From the NCBI GenBank assembly GCA_964016885.1, contig OZ024740.1, positions 27,094,001 through 27,158,000 of the forward strand: 64,000 nucleotides of DNA, in the 5' to 3' direction. The stretch comes from Eledone cirrhosa (taxonomy: Eukaryota). Positions 34,408-48,329 of this stretch are shown here, piece by piece. The translations under genes and the position numbers were made by a program. Positions within the stretch are counted from its first letter, which is position 1. Every line of letters begins with the position of its first letter. The notes under the pieces were generated by a model that saw nothing but the letters and a program-made list of their open reading frames with translations, ran no database searches and was not told the DNA's origin.

Positions 34408-35705
34408 GTTCTTTGAGTCACAGTCATTGATGTTAGTTAACTGGAAGGTTTGTTGAAATTAATATCAGGCCACTATCTGCAGCCTCAGATATTCAGGACG
34501 TATCGGAGGGTTCTTGCTGTTCCCAGCAAGCCTGCCTTTTGAAGCGTTCCAAAAAGCGTGGCGGGGCCAATTTTCTTTAACCATCCCTGGAAACCTTTTG
34601 AGATAGTACCTAGTGCGCCTATGACAATCGGGACCACTTTGACTTCATGGCAGTTCCAAATCCTTTTTACCTCCCACTTTAAGTCCTGGTATCGGTTAAT
34701 TTTCTCCCTCTCCTTCTCTTGCACTCTCGTGTCGAATGGGCAGGCCACATCCACAATCAGGCACGATCTTTTTTTTTTGTCCACAACCACCAGGTCAGGT
34801 CTATTGTGTTCCAGTTTCTTGTCCGTCTGTATCCTAAAATCCCACAGCACCTTCACCTGTTCGTTTTATATCACCGACTCTGGCTTATGCTCATACCACT
34901 TCTCAGAATGTGGTAAATTGTTTACTTTGCATAGGTGCCAGTGGATCACCCTGCCCATCACATCATGTCTCCAGCCCTTATAGTGAGTATGGGCTAGGTG
35001 TTTACACTCGGATACAATGTGAGCCACAGTCTCCTGTCTCTATCCAGTGAGCTAGCCCCCTCCTTGTAAATATGATGTTTCAACCACTTCGTTTTGAGGG
35101 CCTGCTCTTGCACAGCCATTAGAATTCCTTCTGTAGCCTTTTTAAGGTCTCCTCTTTTCAACCAGTTCCATGTCTGTGGATCTCTGAATTCAGTTTTCTC
35201 AAAGAAGGTACTATGAAGGGATTTTTCATGAAGGCTGCTCTTTCTCCTTGTTGTTATTTCCTCCCTGGACATCCCCTGGTCTATTGTCCTCTCCTTCAGT
35301 ACAGTTCTGAGCATTGGCTCCTTACTATCAGTCACGTATTTGTGTGGGTTGTTTTTCTCCATCTGAACACAGTCCTCTATGCTGATAAGACCTCTTCCAC
35401 CTTCAGATCTCCTTAAGTAGAGTCTATCGACATCACTCCTTTTGTGGAACATGTTGTAGATAGTCAATAGCTTCCTAATCTTCCTATCCATTTCTTTTTG
35501 TTCAGCAACATTCCATCTCAGAATTCTCGCACTGTACCTAACAATAGACACAGCTCGGGAATTTACTCCACTTATGGCATTCCTACTGTTCAGATGTGAC
35601 TTCAATACGCTCCTTACTCTTCGAATGTATTCAGATCTTATCAATTCCTTCATTTTTTTTTGTTCTTTATGTCATCAACCTCTAGAACACCCAAATACTT
35701 GTATC
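34408..35705 (-). mobile_element. 5'-truncated R4/Dong-like RLE element (copy D3, different subfamily from D1)
   Basis: YKYLG..., DVDRLYLRRSEGGRGL, ETVAHIVSEC, NRPD...VDVACP...YQDL and IVIGALG. The 3' end abuts (TAA)n and the 5' end abuts (GAA)n at 35706-35739. Confidence 0.9.
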
Positions 35706-37062
35706 CTTCTTCTTCTTCTTCTTCTTCTTCTTCTTCTTCGCCCACCTATTCCAGAGTGGGTGGTGGTGGCGGCGTCATTCTGATATAGTTTCGATGTCAT
35801 CTTTTACCGATTCCTCTGTTATCTGGTTTAGAGATTAGATTATTTCTTAGATTTTATTAAACAATCTACGAGAAGTAATATATATTTCAATTACATCCAC
35901 ATTTTCTTGTTTCAGCTGATTAAATAAATTTAACGCTATTTATTGTATAATGATTTGCGAATGAAGCCAGTGACGGTTTAATACATGATCCAATCAAACA
36001 TAACATTTTCTCAGGATTTTCCAAGCTTTTACTGGATATGCGTGTTAGATTAGTGTCGCTATGTTCACTTGAACTTCACTACCAACTTTTGACAGATTAA
36101 TTACTCATGGTGTTTAAAGCTGATAGAGATGCCACAGCATGTTTCTTTTATCTCCTACCATTTTTATAACCTTTAATTTGGTATCGAATAATATTAATTT
36201 ATACTTTTGAGACATTATGTCATAACAAATGTACAGAATCTAAACTATAATAAAGTAAGGAGTGCGGGACTGCATCCAGAATGTTTGTTTTTTTTATCGC
36301 GTTTGTAAAATAAGTTGGATTACTTTGAATACATAATGAATGAATATTACATAATTTATCTACTAAATTTCCTTATTTTAATTTAAATATAAATAATTTT
36401 GTTGTTTATTTAAAGATTCACTTCTTTAACATTTTCAAATGTCAACACTTCCGGTTAACGATTGCTTAAATAAACATTCATATAATTGCGTCACTAATTT
36501 TCTCCTAATGCAGTTTATATATAATATCGTCTTTTCTTAATGTATCATAGATTACGTTACTGATTACAGAAGACAGTGTAACGCAGTCTTCGTTCAATTT
36601 CTGTGTATTTTGTCAATTACGATGTTATTTGATGTATCATATCTACATGTATATATACTTGCCTATAATATCAATATACACACTACACATGCTAGCAGAA
36701 AACCACCCGAAGTGTCGTTTTTCTGCTAGTTAGTTTTAAAGACACTTCCGTTATACTATGTAATTACGAAATTGTTACGCAAGTGTTAGGTTGCAGAACA
36801 AAACCTCCATCACTCAAAAGCTATATGTTCGTTATTTTACGTGTTAATGATGCAGTGTTAAGGTACGTTGTTATAAGCTTTTGTTCACAGAAAGACATAA
36901 AACGAAATATTAGTGTATTTCTATTCGCACCTATATATCTACATGAATGCATCCGCACATATATTTCGAAAGCATACATACATATATACATACATACATA
37001 CCCGCTTGAACGAAAATATGACTGAACTTGAATTTGTGGACATACATATATGATGACTGCAA

Positions 37063-37590
37063 AATCTGCTAAGAAAGACTATTGCAATCACTTGTCAGAT
37101 TACAGTAAATGGTGCACTTTTTGGCTACAGCCAGCCACATGATCCTGTAACATATCCTGAAGAAGCAATGCCTGTGCTTTGAAGGTTTTTTTAAGTGGGG
37201 AAAGGCCTTGCACTCGATCAATCCCACTCTCTGAGCATCGAAAACACTACCCAAAAAGGAGAACTGGTCAACATCATCGGATGCTTCCGAATCCGCAGGG
37301 TTTTTTTTTCAAAATTTCCCTCTACTAAAAACGTGTTGAGACAGCAACTGGGGGGCCTTTCACTCCCAGGTGAAAAAGACAAAACAAAAAATAGTACTAT
37401 TTGGATGGCCGTTGACTCTGCTGAGTTCCTCCGCCCTTTGCCAGGTGTTGTATTTCATCCTGCAGGGTGTCCAAATATCACCCTCCTCACCAAGCAAGCT
37501 TGGTGGGGTTGCCGGTTTAGTCGACGACGACCCGACCCGACCATGAGACAGGTTGTACTGGGTTACATGTTACCAGTAGCACGTGAGAGC
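37063..37590 (-). mobile_element. Diverged partial copy of the RTE-derived non-autonomous element
   Basis: Shares GTGCTACTGGTAACATGT...TCTCATGGTCGGGTCG...ACTAAAC..GCAACCCCACCAAG with 38021-38628 and 53723-54347. Confidence 0.7.
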
Positions 37591-37639
37591 GACCGGATAT
37601 AACATATATACATACGTACATATATACATACATACGGTG

Positions 37640-37900
37640 TAAGAAAAATATAAGAAAAGGAGGGCATCTACGGACCATTGATGAGGAGTTTGCAGATCCA
37701 GTATCAAAGATACACCCTCAGCTTCATACCCAACATTATTGGAGCTAGAGGTTATATACCAGACCGCTTGGACCAAAGTATAACTGAACTTGGTTTTGTG
37801 GACAAAGAGCGCAGCGCCCTAATTCATAGAGAACAAATGGCTGCTATAGATGGCACCATCAAAATTTGCAAAATATTCTGGCGATTCACGGGATAAGAAT
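37640..37900 (+). pseudogene. C-terminal fragment of an RLE-type non-LTR ORF (related fragment at ~40240-40445)
   Basis: YGPLMRSLQ..Y....FIPNIIGARGYIP....ELGF....GTIKICKIF. Confidence 0.55.
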
Positions 37901-38020
37901 TTCTTTTCTTTCACAACCTTGCCACCAGGAAGGTGGTCGGTCAAAAATGTACTCGAAATTAAGAGATCGAGAAACATACATACAAACATACATACATACA
38001 TACATACATACATACATACA

Positions 38021-38628
38021 TGGTGGCTGCCAACTCGTTTTCGAGTACGGCCACTACTTTATATCCATGTAGGAGGACCCCTACCGATGCGCTGAACGAG
38101 TGTGACGTTTTAGTCCAGCCAGCGACTTGAAAACTCTGGTACAAACACTACACTTGTGACAATTATTGACACATAGTTCTGGGCCCGTGGTACCATGTGA
38201 CGACAAGTGCAGAGAGATCTCCAGATATAAAGCAATGCCTGTGCCGTGAAGCTTTTATAGTGAGCAAAGGCACTGAACAAAGCCAGTCTCACTCTCTTAA
38301 CCCAGATGATATTTACCAAAAAGAAGAACAAGTCAACATCATTGGATACCATCAGGGTTGCAGGTGTTACATCAGAGTTTTCCTTCTCCTAGAATTCTGC
38401 CTTGACAAAGGCTAAGGGGTCATCTCTCCCGGTGATTTTGGATGGCCATTGACTCTTAAGAGCTCCTTTGCCCTTTGACAGGTTTTGTTTTTAGTCCTGC
38501 AGGATGTCCAAAGTCAGCCTCCTCACCAAGAAACCTTGGTGGGGTTGCCAGTTTAGTCGCCAACGACCCGACCATGAGACAGGTTGTACTGGGATACATG
38601 TTACCAGTAGCACCAACTGGTGACCTGA
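38021..38628 (-). mobile_element. ~600-bp non-coding, RTE-derived non-autonomous retroelement
   Basis: Near-identical reverse complement of 53723-54347. (TACA)n on both sides. 3' end resembles the neighbouring RTE 3' end. Confidence 0.8.
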
Positions 38629-38753
38629 CATAAATACATACATACATACATACATACATACATACATACATACATACATCCATACATACATACATACATA
38701 CATACATACATACATACATACATACATACATACATACATACATACATACATAC

Positions 38754-39340
38754 TTGGAAGCCACCCCGTGTCCGAGTACGGCCATTCCTAAGAGAAAAAA
38801 AAACAGACATTAGCAAAAATGTGTTATTGATGTCATTGATGTCGCTTTAGAAACGAGGAAGTGACTTATATGTGATACCATAGAGTAAACATAAGTTCTC
38901 CGCCTGCTTGACTCTGATTGTTGTGGCATGTTATGTAGTGCTGTGTCAGTCATCCTGCACACTTTGGTACATATGCCACATACAAAATCGAAGTGTATAG
39001 GGTAATCAAGGGTGTTATTTCCATGAGAATAACGTCTGTCATAGCTTAGTAGTCCAGCCTTTGACATACATGCACGTCCACATAGCTCAAAGCTACGAGT
39101 GTCTTTCGAGCCGCTTTCTTGGAATGGACTAATATTCTTCATATATTTAGCTGCTCTCTTCAATTTCTTTTCATAATTCTGCTTCTTTTCACAATTCCCT
39201 CACACCGATAGAAATTGTATTCCACCACTGGGTTCTGTCTGATGCAAGATTTTCCCATGTTATGGTGTTGATGTTGACCTTCATCAGGATGTCTTTCAGG
39301 TATTAATAGCAACATTTGAACTACTTGAGTGGGCGCTAGA
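38754..39340 (-). mobile_element. RTE (BovB-like) LINE 3' fragment with (ATGT)n tail
   Basis: LKDILMKVNINTITWENLASDRTQW..., CGRACMSKAGLLS and CGICTKVC. Ends GGCCGTACTCGGACACGGGGTGGCTTCCAAG(TATG)n. Confidence 0.7.
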
Positions 39341-40069
39341 TAATATTCAAGCCATTGATACCCTGATCAATTGTAATCGGCACCGGAATTTTCCATATCA
39401 ACAATGTCGCATGATATCAGGTTTACAACACCTACTAGCTTCAGTTGTAGAAACCTACCCATGGAGCATACCTGTTTACTGCAGGTAGATAACATCACGA
39501 GTTCAAGAAGGGGTTTCCTGAGAAGTACTCCTTGAATAATGACCAAATAATGTTTTCAGAAGGATTCAGAATGAGAGTAATATAGATAGCCAAAGCAACA
39601 TATCTTGGATCAATAATCGATATATTAGCTCTTTCTTTGAATAATCGATATATTAACTCTGTGCTGTTGCAATCCAGCAACACGAACTGCCAACGATGCC
39701 ACAGTATATATAGATATGGTAGTAAAACCTAGCTGCAATAACAGTTGCAGATACAGTGAAATAAACATAGAAGATATCACACACATCAGCAGCTGTTAGA
39801 AGATACTATCAAGATACGATCTACTACTGAGGCATAATGCCGTAGCTAGAGAACTATGTAATGCAATCCGTAGAAAGAACAGTCGCGAAGATGAACATAT
39901 AAAATATTACACGATGTGGATGGACAATATTACAGTGCAATGTTCCTCACAAAATCCTAATAAAATATAAACATAACAAACTAGAGAAAATTATATATAA
40001 CATAAAATAGTAGGTATACACAGTGATGGAATCAGATTCCCAGCAGATATTAATATAGTGTTTATATAG

Positions 40070-40110
<41 letters not shown>

Positions 40111-40444
40111 TCAAAATATTATCAAAAATAGAACTTCATTGTGATCAAGTATATTTTATTATACATATTTCAGAGGTACTGAGCTAATTCTTTGATTTAT
40201 TCATCGGACCTTGTTTAACCTTTAAATATATATATATATAGTGTTAAAGATAAGTCACAGGAATAACATCTATACTGAACTAATGAGGAATCTACAGATG
40301 TTCCACGTGGACTGTAGGTTTATATTTGGCCAAGTGATCATTGAGGCCTTGAGCCATGCTACTATTGATCAAAATATTGAAAAGCTAGGCTTCAGAGAAC
40401 CAGAAAGATCACGGCTAATTTGGAGGCTACAAGTAGAGTCCATT

Positions 40445-40720
40445 AACCTTCTCTCTTCTTCGTCCACTTATTCCAGAGATGGTCGTGGCTGCAGAGTCCT
40501 CGTGCATTCCTTCCAGCAGGTCCTGTCAGAAGTAACCATAGCCAAGCGAGACCAGGATGTTATGCAGCTATTTTGCTCAGGGTCTACCTCTGGGTGACTT
40601 GCCGTTTGTTGTTGCCCGTAAAATCTGTCCAGCGATTCTTTCCTGAGACATTCTAATCACATGCCCTTAGTATTGGAGTAGCGGCTCCACCTCGTGTGAC
40701 TCCCTGATCTTCTATGGAAG
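40445..40720 (-). mobile_element. Degenerate LINE (RTE-like) 3' end
   Basis: Minus strand encodes ...SDRTCWKECTRTLQPRPS followed by a short GAA-rich tail. Confidence 0.4.
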
Positions 40721-41248
40721 TGTAAAAATATGTAAAACTTTCCAGAATTTTAGCATATAATAAATGCATATCCACACGTATATCACCAAATTCTGGGTTA
40801 GATTGTAACACTCTATTAGTGAAAAATGGAACAATAAAGACAGAACACAAATACACACACATAATCCAAGCACACATACAGACACTCATAAACAGATATG
40901 TCAATATTGGAAATGTTAAATATTTAATTTAGGCAGAAAGTCAGCAAATTGGGTAGAAAGACAATGTTAATCAACTCATCAAATAACAGGTAGAGATTTT
41001 TATCGATCCTGCAAAGATAAAAGGCAAAGTTGACCTCAGCAAGATTTGAACTAAGAACATAACTAAATGTTACAGAGCATTTTATTCAACACTATAATGA
41101 TTCTCCCAGTCTACGGCCCTCACATACAAAAATATGAATAACAAGAAACATTTGCTGAAGAAAGGATTCTATACTTATGGTAGAATAAAATATAGAACGT
41201 ATACTAGGTGAACTGTGAATTAAAGTTACAACTACACATATATATATG

Positions 41249-41367
41249 AAGGCGTGTGGCTGAGTGGTTAGAGAATTGGATTCGCAATCGTAAGGTTGTG
41301 AGTTCGATTCCTGGACCAGGCGATGCGTTATGTCCTTGAGCAAGACACTTTATTTCACGTTGCTCCT
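41249..41367 (+). mobile_element. tRNA-derived SINE, family S2 (partial)
   Basis: A box TGGCTGAGTGG, B box GTTCGATTC, then TGTCCTTGAGCAAGACACTTT central domain. Confidence 0.8.
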
Positions 41368-41845
41368 TCTATCTGGAGTTGCGACCGATAGATAATATTA
41401 GCAATTGGAAAGACCGACGGAAACATTGTTCCCTCGGTCCGATTTGACGAAAGTCGATCGTAAAAAAAATATATGTAGTTATATTTTGTGTATTTCACTT
41501 TCTGGACCGGCAATCGCTCTGTATAATCAGCTCCTGATTATTACTGGAATTCTATAAGAATCCAGATTCTATAATTTAAGGCGAAAACAGGGTGTGCGTG
41601 GCTCTGATGATCGCCAACAGCGTGAAACAGACTGTTAGCTTCTCTCCCTTCTTTCGCCGAAAAGAAGTAAGTGAAACAGTCACTACTTTATAACTGTTAG
41701 CGTATGATCTACAAAATGTGTTTAATTAAACATACGTGTATTGCCAAATATACTATACATACATTCATGTATACATCACTATTTCAGAGCACCAATCGTA
41801 ATATATATATATATACTGATATATATACTGATTAATATATATATG

Positions 41846-41902
<57 letters not shown>

Positions 41903-42219
41903 ATATATATATATATATATGAAAGTGGGTGGATATGTGTATTTTGATGTGTATGTGTACATATGTGTGTGTGTGTCTGACTGTAATATTCTGTCTCTAG
42001 TGACACCACATTGATACAGACAGTAAGACCCATTCTCCTGTACGATACACAATATTCCCTGCTGGTTACTCAGCATACTAAGCGATATTGATATTAACAT
42101 CCATGGCGTATCATCGACCTTATCTGTCAGACACTGCTTCACTGTACTTTATTTACACTGAATTTACACTGAATACTCATGCATAGAAATATGGCCATCA
42201 CTGCGTCTTACAAGCGATG

Positions 42220-42257
<38 letters not shown>

Positions 42258-42377
42258 CGATATATATACATATATATAAATAAATATATATACACGCACC
42301 CATTCATCTATCATCAATCTAACTCCTTATTCTCGCTCCCCCCTTCTCCCTCTCTCTCTCTCTCTCTCTCTCTATAC

Positions 42378-42418
<41 letters not shown>

Positions 42419-42541
42419 TAGACAGAGAGAGAGAGAGAGAGAGAATGCCTTATACAAATATAACTATACCATTAAATTCATTTATATATATATATATATG
42501 ACACTATATGTTCAAATATATGTTTATATGTATGTATGTAA

Positions 42542-42604
<63 letters not shown>

Positions 42605-42759
42605 TGTATATATGACGTGGTATTTATTATGTTTAAATCTGGAAGTAGATCAATAGAGAACAAGAGACTTAACAAATAACTTCACAATGAACGCTAATGA
42701 GGTGTATTTAGAAATAAATCCAGCGTCTTTCATTCCACTATATTCTTGCTATGGTATTA

Positions 42760-43845
42760 TTGTAGTTGTTGTAGTTGTGTTGGTGGTGGTGGTGGTGCTG
42801 ATGGTGTTGGTGTCAGTGGTGGTGTTGGTGTTGGTGTTGGTGTTGATGTTGATGGTGGTGTTGTATTTGTGTTGGTGGTGGTGTTGGTGTTGATGTTGAT
42901 GGTGGTGTTGTAGTTGTGTTGGTGGTGGTGTTGATGGTGGTGTTGTAGTTTTGTTGGTGGTGGTGGTGGTGTTGGTGTTGGTGTTGATGGTGGTGTTGTA
43001 GTTGTGTTGGTGGTGGTGGTGGTGTTGGTGTTGGTGTTGATGGTGGTGTTGTAGTTGTGTTGGTGGTGGTGGTGGTGTTGGTGTTGGTGTTGATGGTGGT
43101 GTTGTAGTTGTGTTGGTGGTGGTGTTGGTGTTGGTGTTGATGTTGATGGTGGTGTTATAGTTGTGTTGGTGGTGGTGTTGATGTTGATTCTGGTGGTGGT
43201 GTTGGTGGGGGTGGTGTTGATGGTGGTGTTGTAGTTGTGTTGGTAGTGGTGTTGGTGTTGGTGTTGGTGGTGATGTTCGTGGTGGCGGTGGTGGTGTTGA
43301 TGGTGGTGGTGGTGGTGGTGGTGGTGAAGTTCGTGGTGGCGGTAGTTGTGTTGATGGTGGGGTGGGGGTGGGGATGGGGGGTGATGTTCGTGGTGGCGGT
43401 GGTGGTGTTGGTGGTGGTGGTGGTTATGTACGTGGTGGCGGTAGTTGTGTTGATGATGGTGATGGTGGTGGTGTGTGGGGGGGGGGTGATGTTCGTGATG
43501 TTCGTGGTGGCGGTAATTGTGTTGATGGTGGTGGTGGTGGTGGTGGTGGTGGTGGTGTTCGTGGTGGCGGTAGTTGTGTTGATGGTGGTGGTGGTGGTGG
43601 TGATGTTCGTGGTGGTGGTGGTGGTGGTGATGTTCGTGGTGGCGGTAGTTGTGTTAATGGTGGTGGTGGTGGTGATGTTCGTGGTGGTGGTGGTGGTGGT
43701 GGTGGCGTTAGTGGTGGTGGTGGTTCTGGAGGTGGTGGCGTTAGTTGTGTTGATGATGGTGGTGGTGATGGTATGGTGGTGGGGGTCTCTCGTTTATGAT
43801 GCTGTAATTATGGTTGTTGTTGTAGTAGTTGTGGTTGTTGTTGCT
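42760..43845 (+). repeat. Degenerate (GGT/GTT/GAT)n low-complexity tandem repeat
   Basis: Seen directly. Sub-units such as GATGGTGGTGTTGTAGTTGTGTTGGTG recur. Confidence 0.95.
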
Positions 43846-43996
43846 GCATATGTATGTTAGTGTTTTGTGTTTGTGTTTTTACTTCTCATTTTCTCTGTCT
43901 TCTTTTTTTCCTTTCTTTTCTTCCTGTCTTGCTTCCTGCTTCTCTAATTGTCTCTAGAGATTCCATCTCTCTCCCTTTCTCTCTCTCTCCCTCTCT

Positions 43997-44065
<69 letters not shown>

Positions 44066-44102
44066 CACATACATATACACATACACACACACACACACAG
44101 AC

Positions 44103-44139
<37 letters not shown>

Positions 44140-44155
44140 CACATACATATATACA

Positions 44156-44207
<52 letters not shown>

Positions 44208-44246
44208 GTGTTTGTGTGTGTGTGTGTATGTATATATGTATATATG

Positions 44247-44284
<38 letters not shown>

Positions 44285-44689
44285 AGTGTGTGTGTATGTA
44301 CGTTTGTGTATGTTTGTATGTATGCATATATATATAAATGTATAATAAATATATATATATGTGTTTGTGTGTGTGTGTTAATGTATGTATGTCTCGTTTG
44401 TTGACATGAAATCCCATTCCAACACTGCCTCCACAAACAACACTAACAACAACACAATGAACAAGAGTAAACAACTATGAAATATATCCATGGCGACCGA
44501 ATCAAATGAAGTAATGATGGGATTATGGGATGATGTAGGTTAAATATAACTATGTCCTATATTCCTTACGATGTGGACTGAAGAATGACAAATAGAACAC
44601 ACTTTTCCACCATTATTGCGTTATAGCTGTCACTACTATCACTAACATCATTAGCACAACACATCCCTGTGTAGCCACTAACATCACCA

Positions 44690-47570
44690 TCAACACATTC
44701 TAACCATCACTATCACCACCACACCATCCTTACCATCAACACATTCTAACCATCACTATCACCACCACACCATCATCACCATCCTCACCATCAACACATT
44801 CTAACCATCACTATCACCACCACACCATCCTCACCATCATCACCATCAACACATTCTAACCATCACTATCACCACCACACCATCATCACCATCCTCACCA
44901 TCAACACATTCTAACCATCAGTATCACCACCACACCATCCTTACCATCAACACATTCTAACCATCACTATCACCACCACACCATCATCACCATCCTCACC
45001 ATCAACACATTCTAACCATCACTATCACCACCACACCATCCTCACCATCATCACCATCAACACATTCTAACCATCACTATCACCACCACACCATCCTCAC
45101 CATCATCACCATCAACACATTCTAACCATCACTATCACCACCACACCATCATCACCATCCTCACCATCAACACATTCTAACCATCACTATCACCACCACA
45201 CCATCCTCACCATCCTCACCATCAACACATTCTAACCATCACTATCACCACCACACCATCCTCACCATCATCACCATCAACACATTCTAACCATCACTAT
45301 CACCACCACACCATCCTCACCATCAACACATTTTAACCATCTCTATCACGACCACACCATCCTCACCATCATCACCATCAACACATTATAACCATCACTA
45401 TCACCACCACACCATCCTCACCATCAACACATTCTAACCATCACTACCACCACCACACCATCCTCACCATCCTCACCATCCTCACCATCATCACTATCAA
45501 CACATTCTAACCATCACTATCACAACCACACCATCCTCACCATCATCACCATCATCAACACATTCTAACCATCACCATCAACACCACACCATCATCACCA
45601 TCAACACATTCTAACCATCACTATCAGCACAACACCATCCTCACCATCAACACATTCTAACCATCACTACCACCACCACACCATCCTCACCATCCTCACC
45701 ATCCTCACCATCAACACATTCTAACCATCACCATCAACACCACACCATCCTCACCATCCTCACTATCAACACATTCTAACCATCACTACCACCACCACAC
45801 CATCCTCACCATCCTCACCATCCTCACCATCAACACATTCTAACCATCACCATCAACACCACACCATCCTCACCATCCTCACCATCAACACATTCTAACC
45901 ATCACTATCACAACCACACCATCCTCACCATCATCACCATCATCAACACATTCTAACCATCACCATCAACACCACACCATCCTCACCACCATCACCATCA
46001 ACACATTCTAACCATCACTATCACCACCACACCATCCTCACCATCCTCACCATCATCACTATCAACACATTCTAACCATCACTATCACAACTACACCATC
46101 CTCACCATCATCACCATCATCAACACATTCTAACCATCACCATCAACACCACACCATCCTCACCACCATCACCATCAACACATTCTAACCATCACTATCA
46201 CCACCACACCATCCTCACCATCATCACCATCAACACATTCTAACCATCACTATCACCACCACACCATCCTCACCACCATCACCATCAACACATTCTAACC
46301 ATCACTATCACCACCACACCATCCTCACCATCCTCAACATCAACACATTCTAACCATCACCATCAACACCACACCATCCTCACCACCATCACCATCAACA
46401 CATTCTAACCATCACTATCACCACCACACCATCCTCACCATCATCACCATCAACACATTCTAACCATCACTATCACCACCACACCATCCTCACCACCATC
46501 ACCATCAACACATTCTAACCATCACTATCACCACCACACCATCCTCACCATCCTCAACATCAACACATTCTAACCATCACCATCAACACCACACCATCCT
46601 CACCATCCTCACCATCATCACCATCAACACATTCTAACCATCACTATCACCACCACACCATCCTCACCACCATCACCATCAACACATTCTAACCATCACT
46701 ATCACCACCACACCATCCTCACCATCCTCAACATCAACACATTCTAACCATCACCATCAACACCACACCATCCTCACCATCCTCACCATCATCACCATCA
46801 ACACATTGTAACCATCACTATCACCACCACACCATCCACATCATCCTCACCATCCTCAACATCAACACATTCTAACCATCACCATCACCACCACACCATC
46901 ATCACCATCAACACATTCTAACCATCACTATCTCCACCACACCATCCTCACCATCAACACATTCTAACCATCACTATCACCACCATACCATCCTCATCAT
47001 CCTCACCATCAACACATTCTAACCATCACTATCACCACCATACCATCCTCACCATCATCACCATCAACACATTCTAACCATCACTATCACCACCACACCA
47101 TCCTCACCATCATCACCATCAACACATTCTAACCATCACTATCACCACCACACTATCCTCACCATCCTCACCATCAACACATTCTAACCATCACTATCAC
47201 CACCACACCATCCTCACCATCCTCACCATCAACACATTCTAACCATCACTATCACCACCACACCATCCTCACCATCCTCACCATCAACACATTCTAACCA
47301 TCACTATCACCACCACACCATCCTCACCACCATCACCATCACCATATTCTAACCATCACTATCACCGCCACACCATCCTTACCACCATCACCATCAACAC
47401 GATCTAACCACCACTATTACCACCTCACCATCATCACCGTCAACACATTCTAACCATCTCTATAACCACCACACCATCCTCACCATCACCACATTGTAAC
47501 CATCACATCACCACCACACCATCCTCACCATCATCACCATCATCACAGTCTAACCATCACTATCACCACC
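44690..47570 (+). repeat. Minisatellite: 37-bp core CATCAACACATTCTAACCATCACTATCACCACCACAC plus a variable number of 9-bp CATC(C/A)TCAC units
   Basis: Seen directly over ~2.9 kb. Confidence 0.95.
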
Positions 47571-47759
47571 ATCCCATCATCTTTATCATCATTTTATAAG
47601 CCCCACTGACATGACAACCCGGCTATGTCTACTATCATCTACAAGTGTGTGTGACAGCTCACACCTATGCACGTTTAGCTGGCCTCCTCCAAGTTATATA
47701 TTGTTGGAGGTGTCTTGGGTAATTTAATCATAGTGACCCCTCTCCTATTATCTTATTTC

Positions 47760-47897
47760 TACAGCTAAGTAAACTGGAGCAACGCGAAATAAAGTGTCTT
47801 GCTCAAGGAAACAACACATCAGCCGCTCCGAGAATTGAACTCACAACCTTTCGATTGCAAACCCAATGCACTAACCACTAAGCCATGTGCCTTCACA
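47760..47897 (-). mobile_element. tRNA-derived SINE S2
   Basis: Reverse complement of the 41249 element (TGGCTTAGTGG, GTTCAATTC, CCTTGAGCAAGACACTTT). Confidence 0.8.
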
Positions 47898-48329
47898 AGG
47901 CCGTTACCATAGCTACCACCAGCATGACCATCCTTACCTTACAAAGACCACAGTTATCACTAGCACTGGAACCATGAGAATTACAGACACCACTTCACCT
48001 TATAACCAACTTTAATGTCAGAACCACAAAGACTACAATTACAAACACAGCTACCATCGCCATCATTACAAACACTGTTTATACCATTATAACGCGGCTA
48101 ACTACATTGTCATTACACCAAACTACACCAGCACCATAACTACATCACCACCACAACTACCCTAACTACACTACCACCTTTACTACACTACCACCATAGC
48201 TACCCTAACTACACTACCACCATAACTACACATTCACCATAACTACAATGCCACCATAACTACACAACCACAATAACTACACCAACACCATAATTACACC
48301 ACCATCATAACTACCATAAGTAGACTACC

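Noticed and set aside
36440-36900. Possible promoter or first exon (ACTTCCG motifs, CTAGCAGAAAA/TTTTCTGCTAG hairpin)
   Set aside because: Short motifs only, and no linked exon or ORF can be shown.
41370-41720. CpG-containing unique stretch with a GTAAGT donor-like site
   Set aside because: No supportable exon or ORF without transcript data.
43237-43860. Gly-rich (GGDVRGGG) and Val-rich ORFs resembling structural proteins
   Set aside because: They are by-products of the GGT repeat, with no signal peptide, splice context or unique flanking coding sequence.
44690-47570. Constant core plus variable segment resembling a repeat-spacer array
   Set aside because: The variable parts are only different counts of the same 9-mer, not unique spacers.
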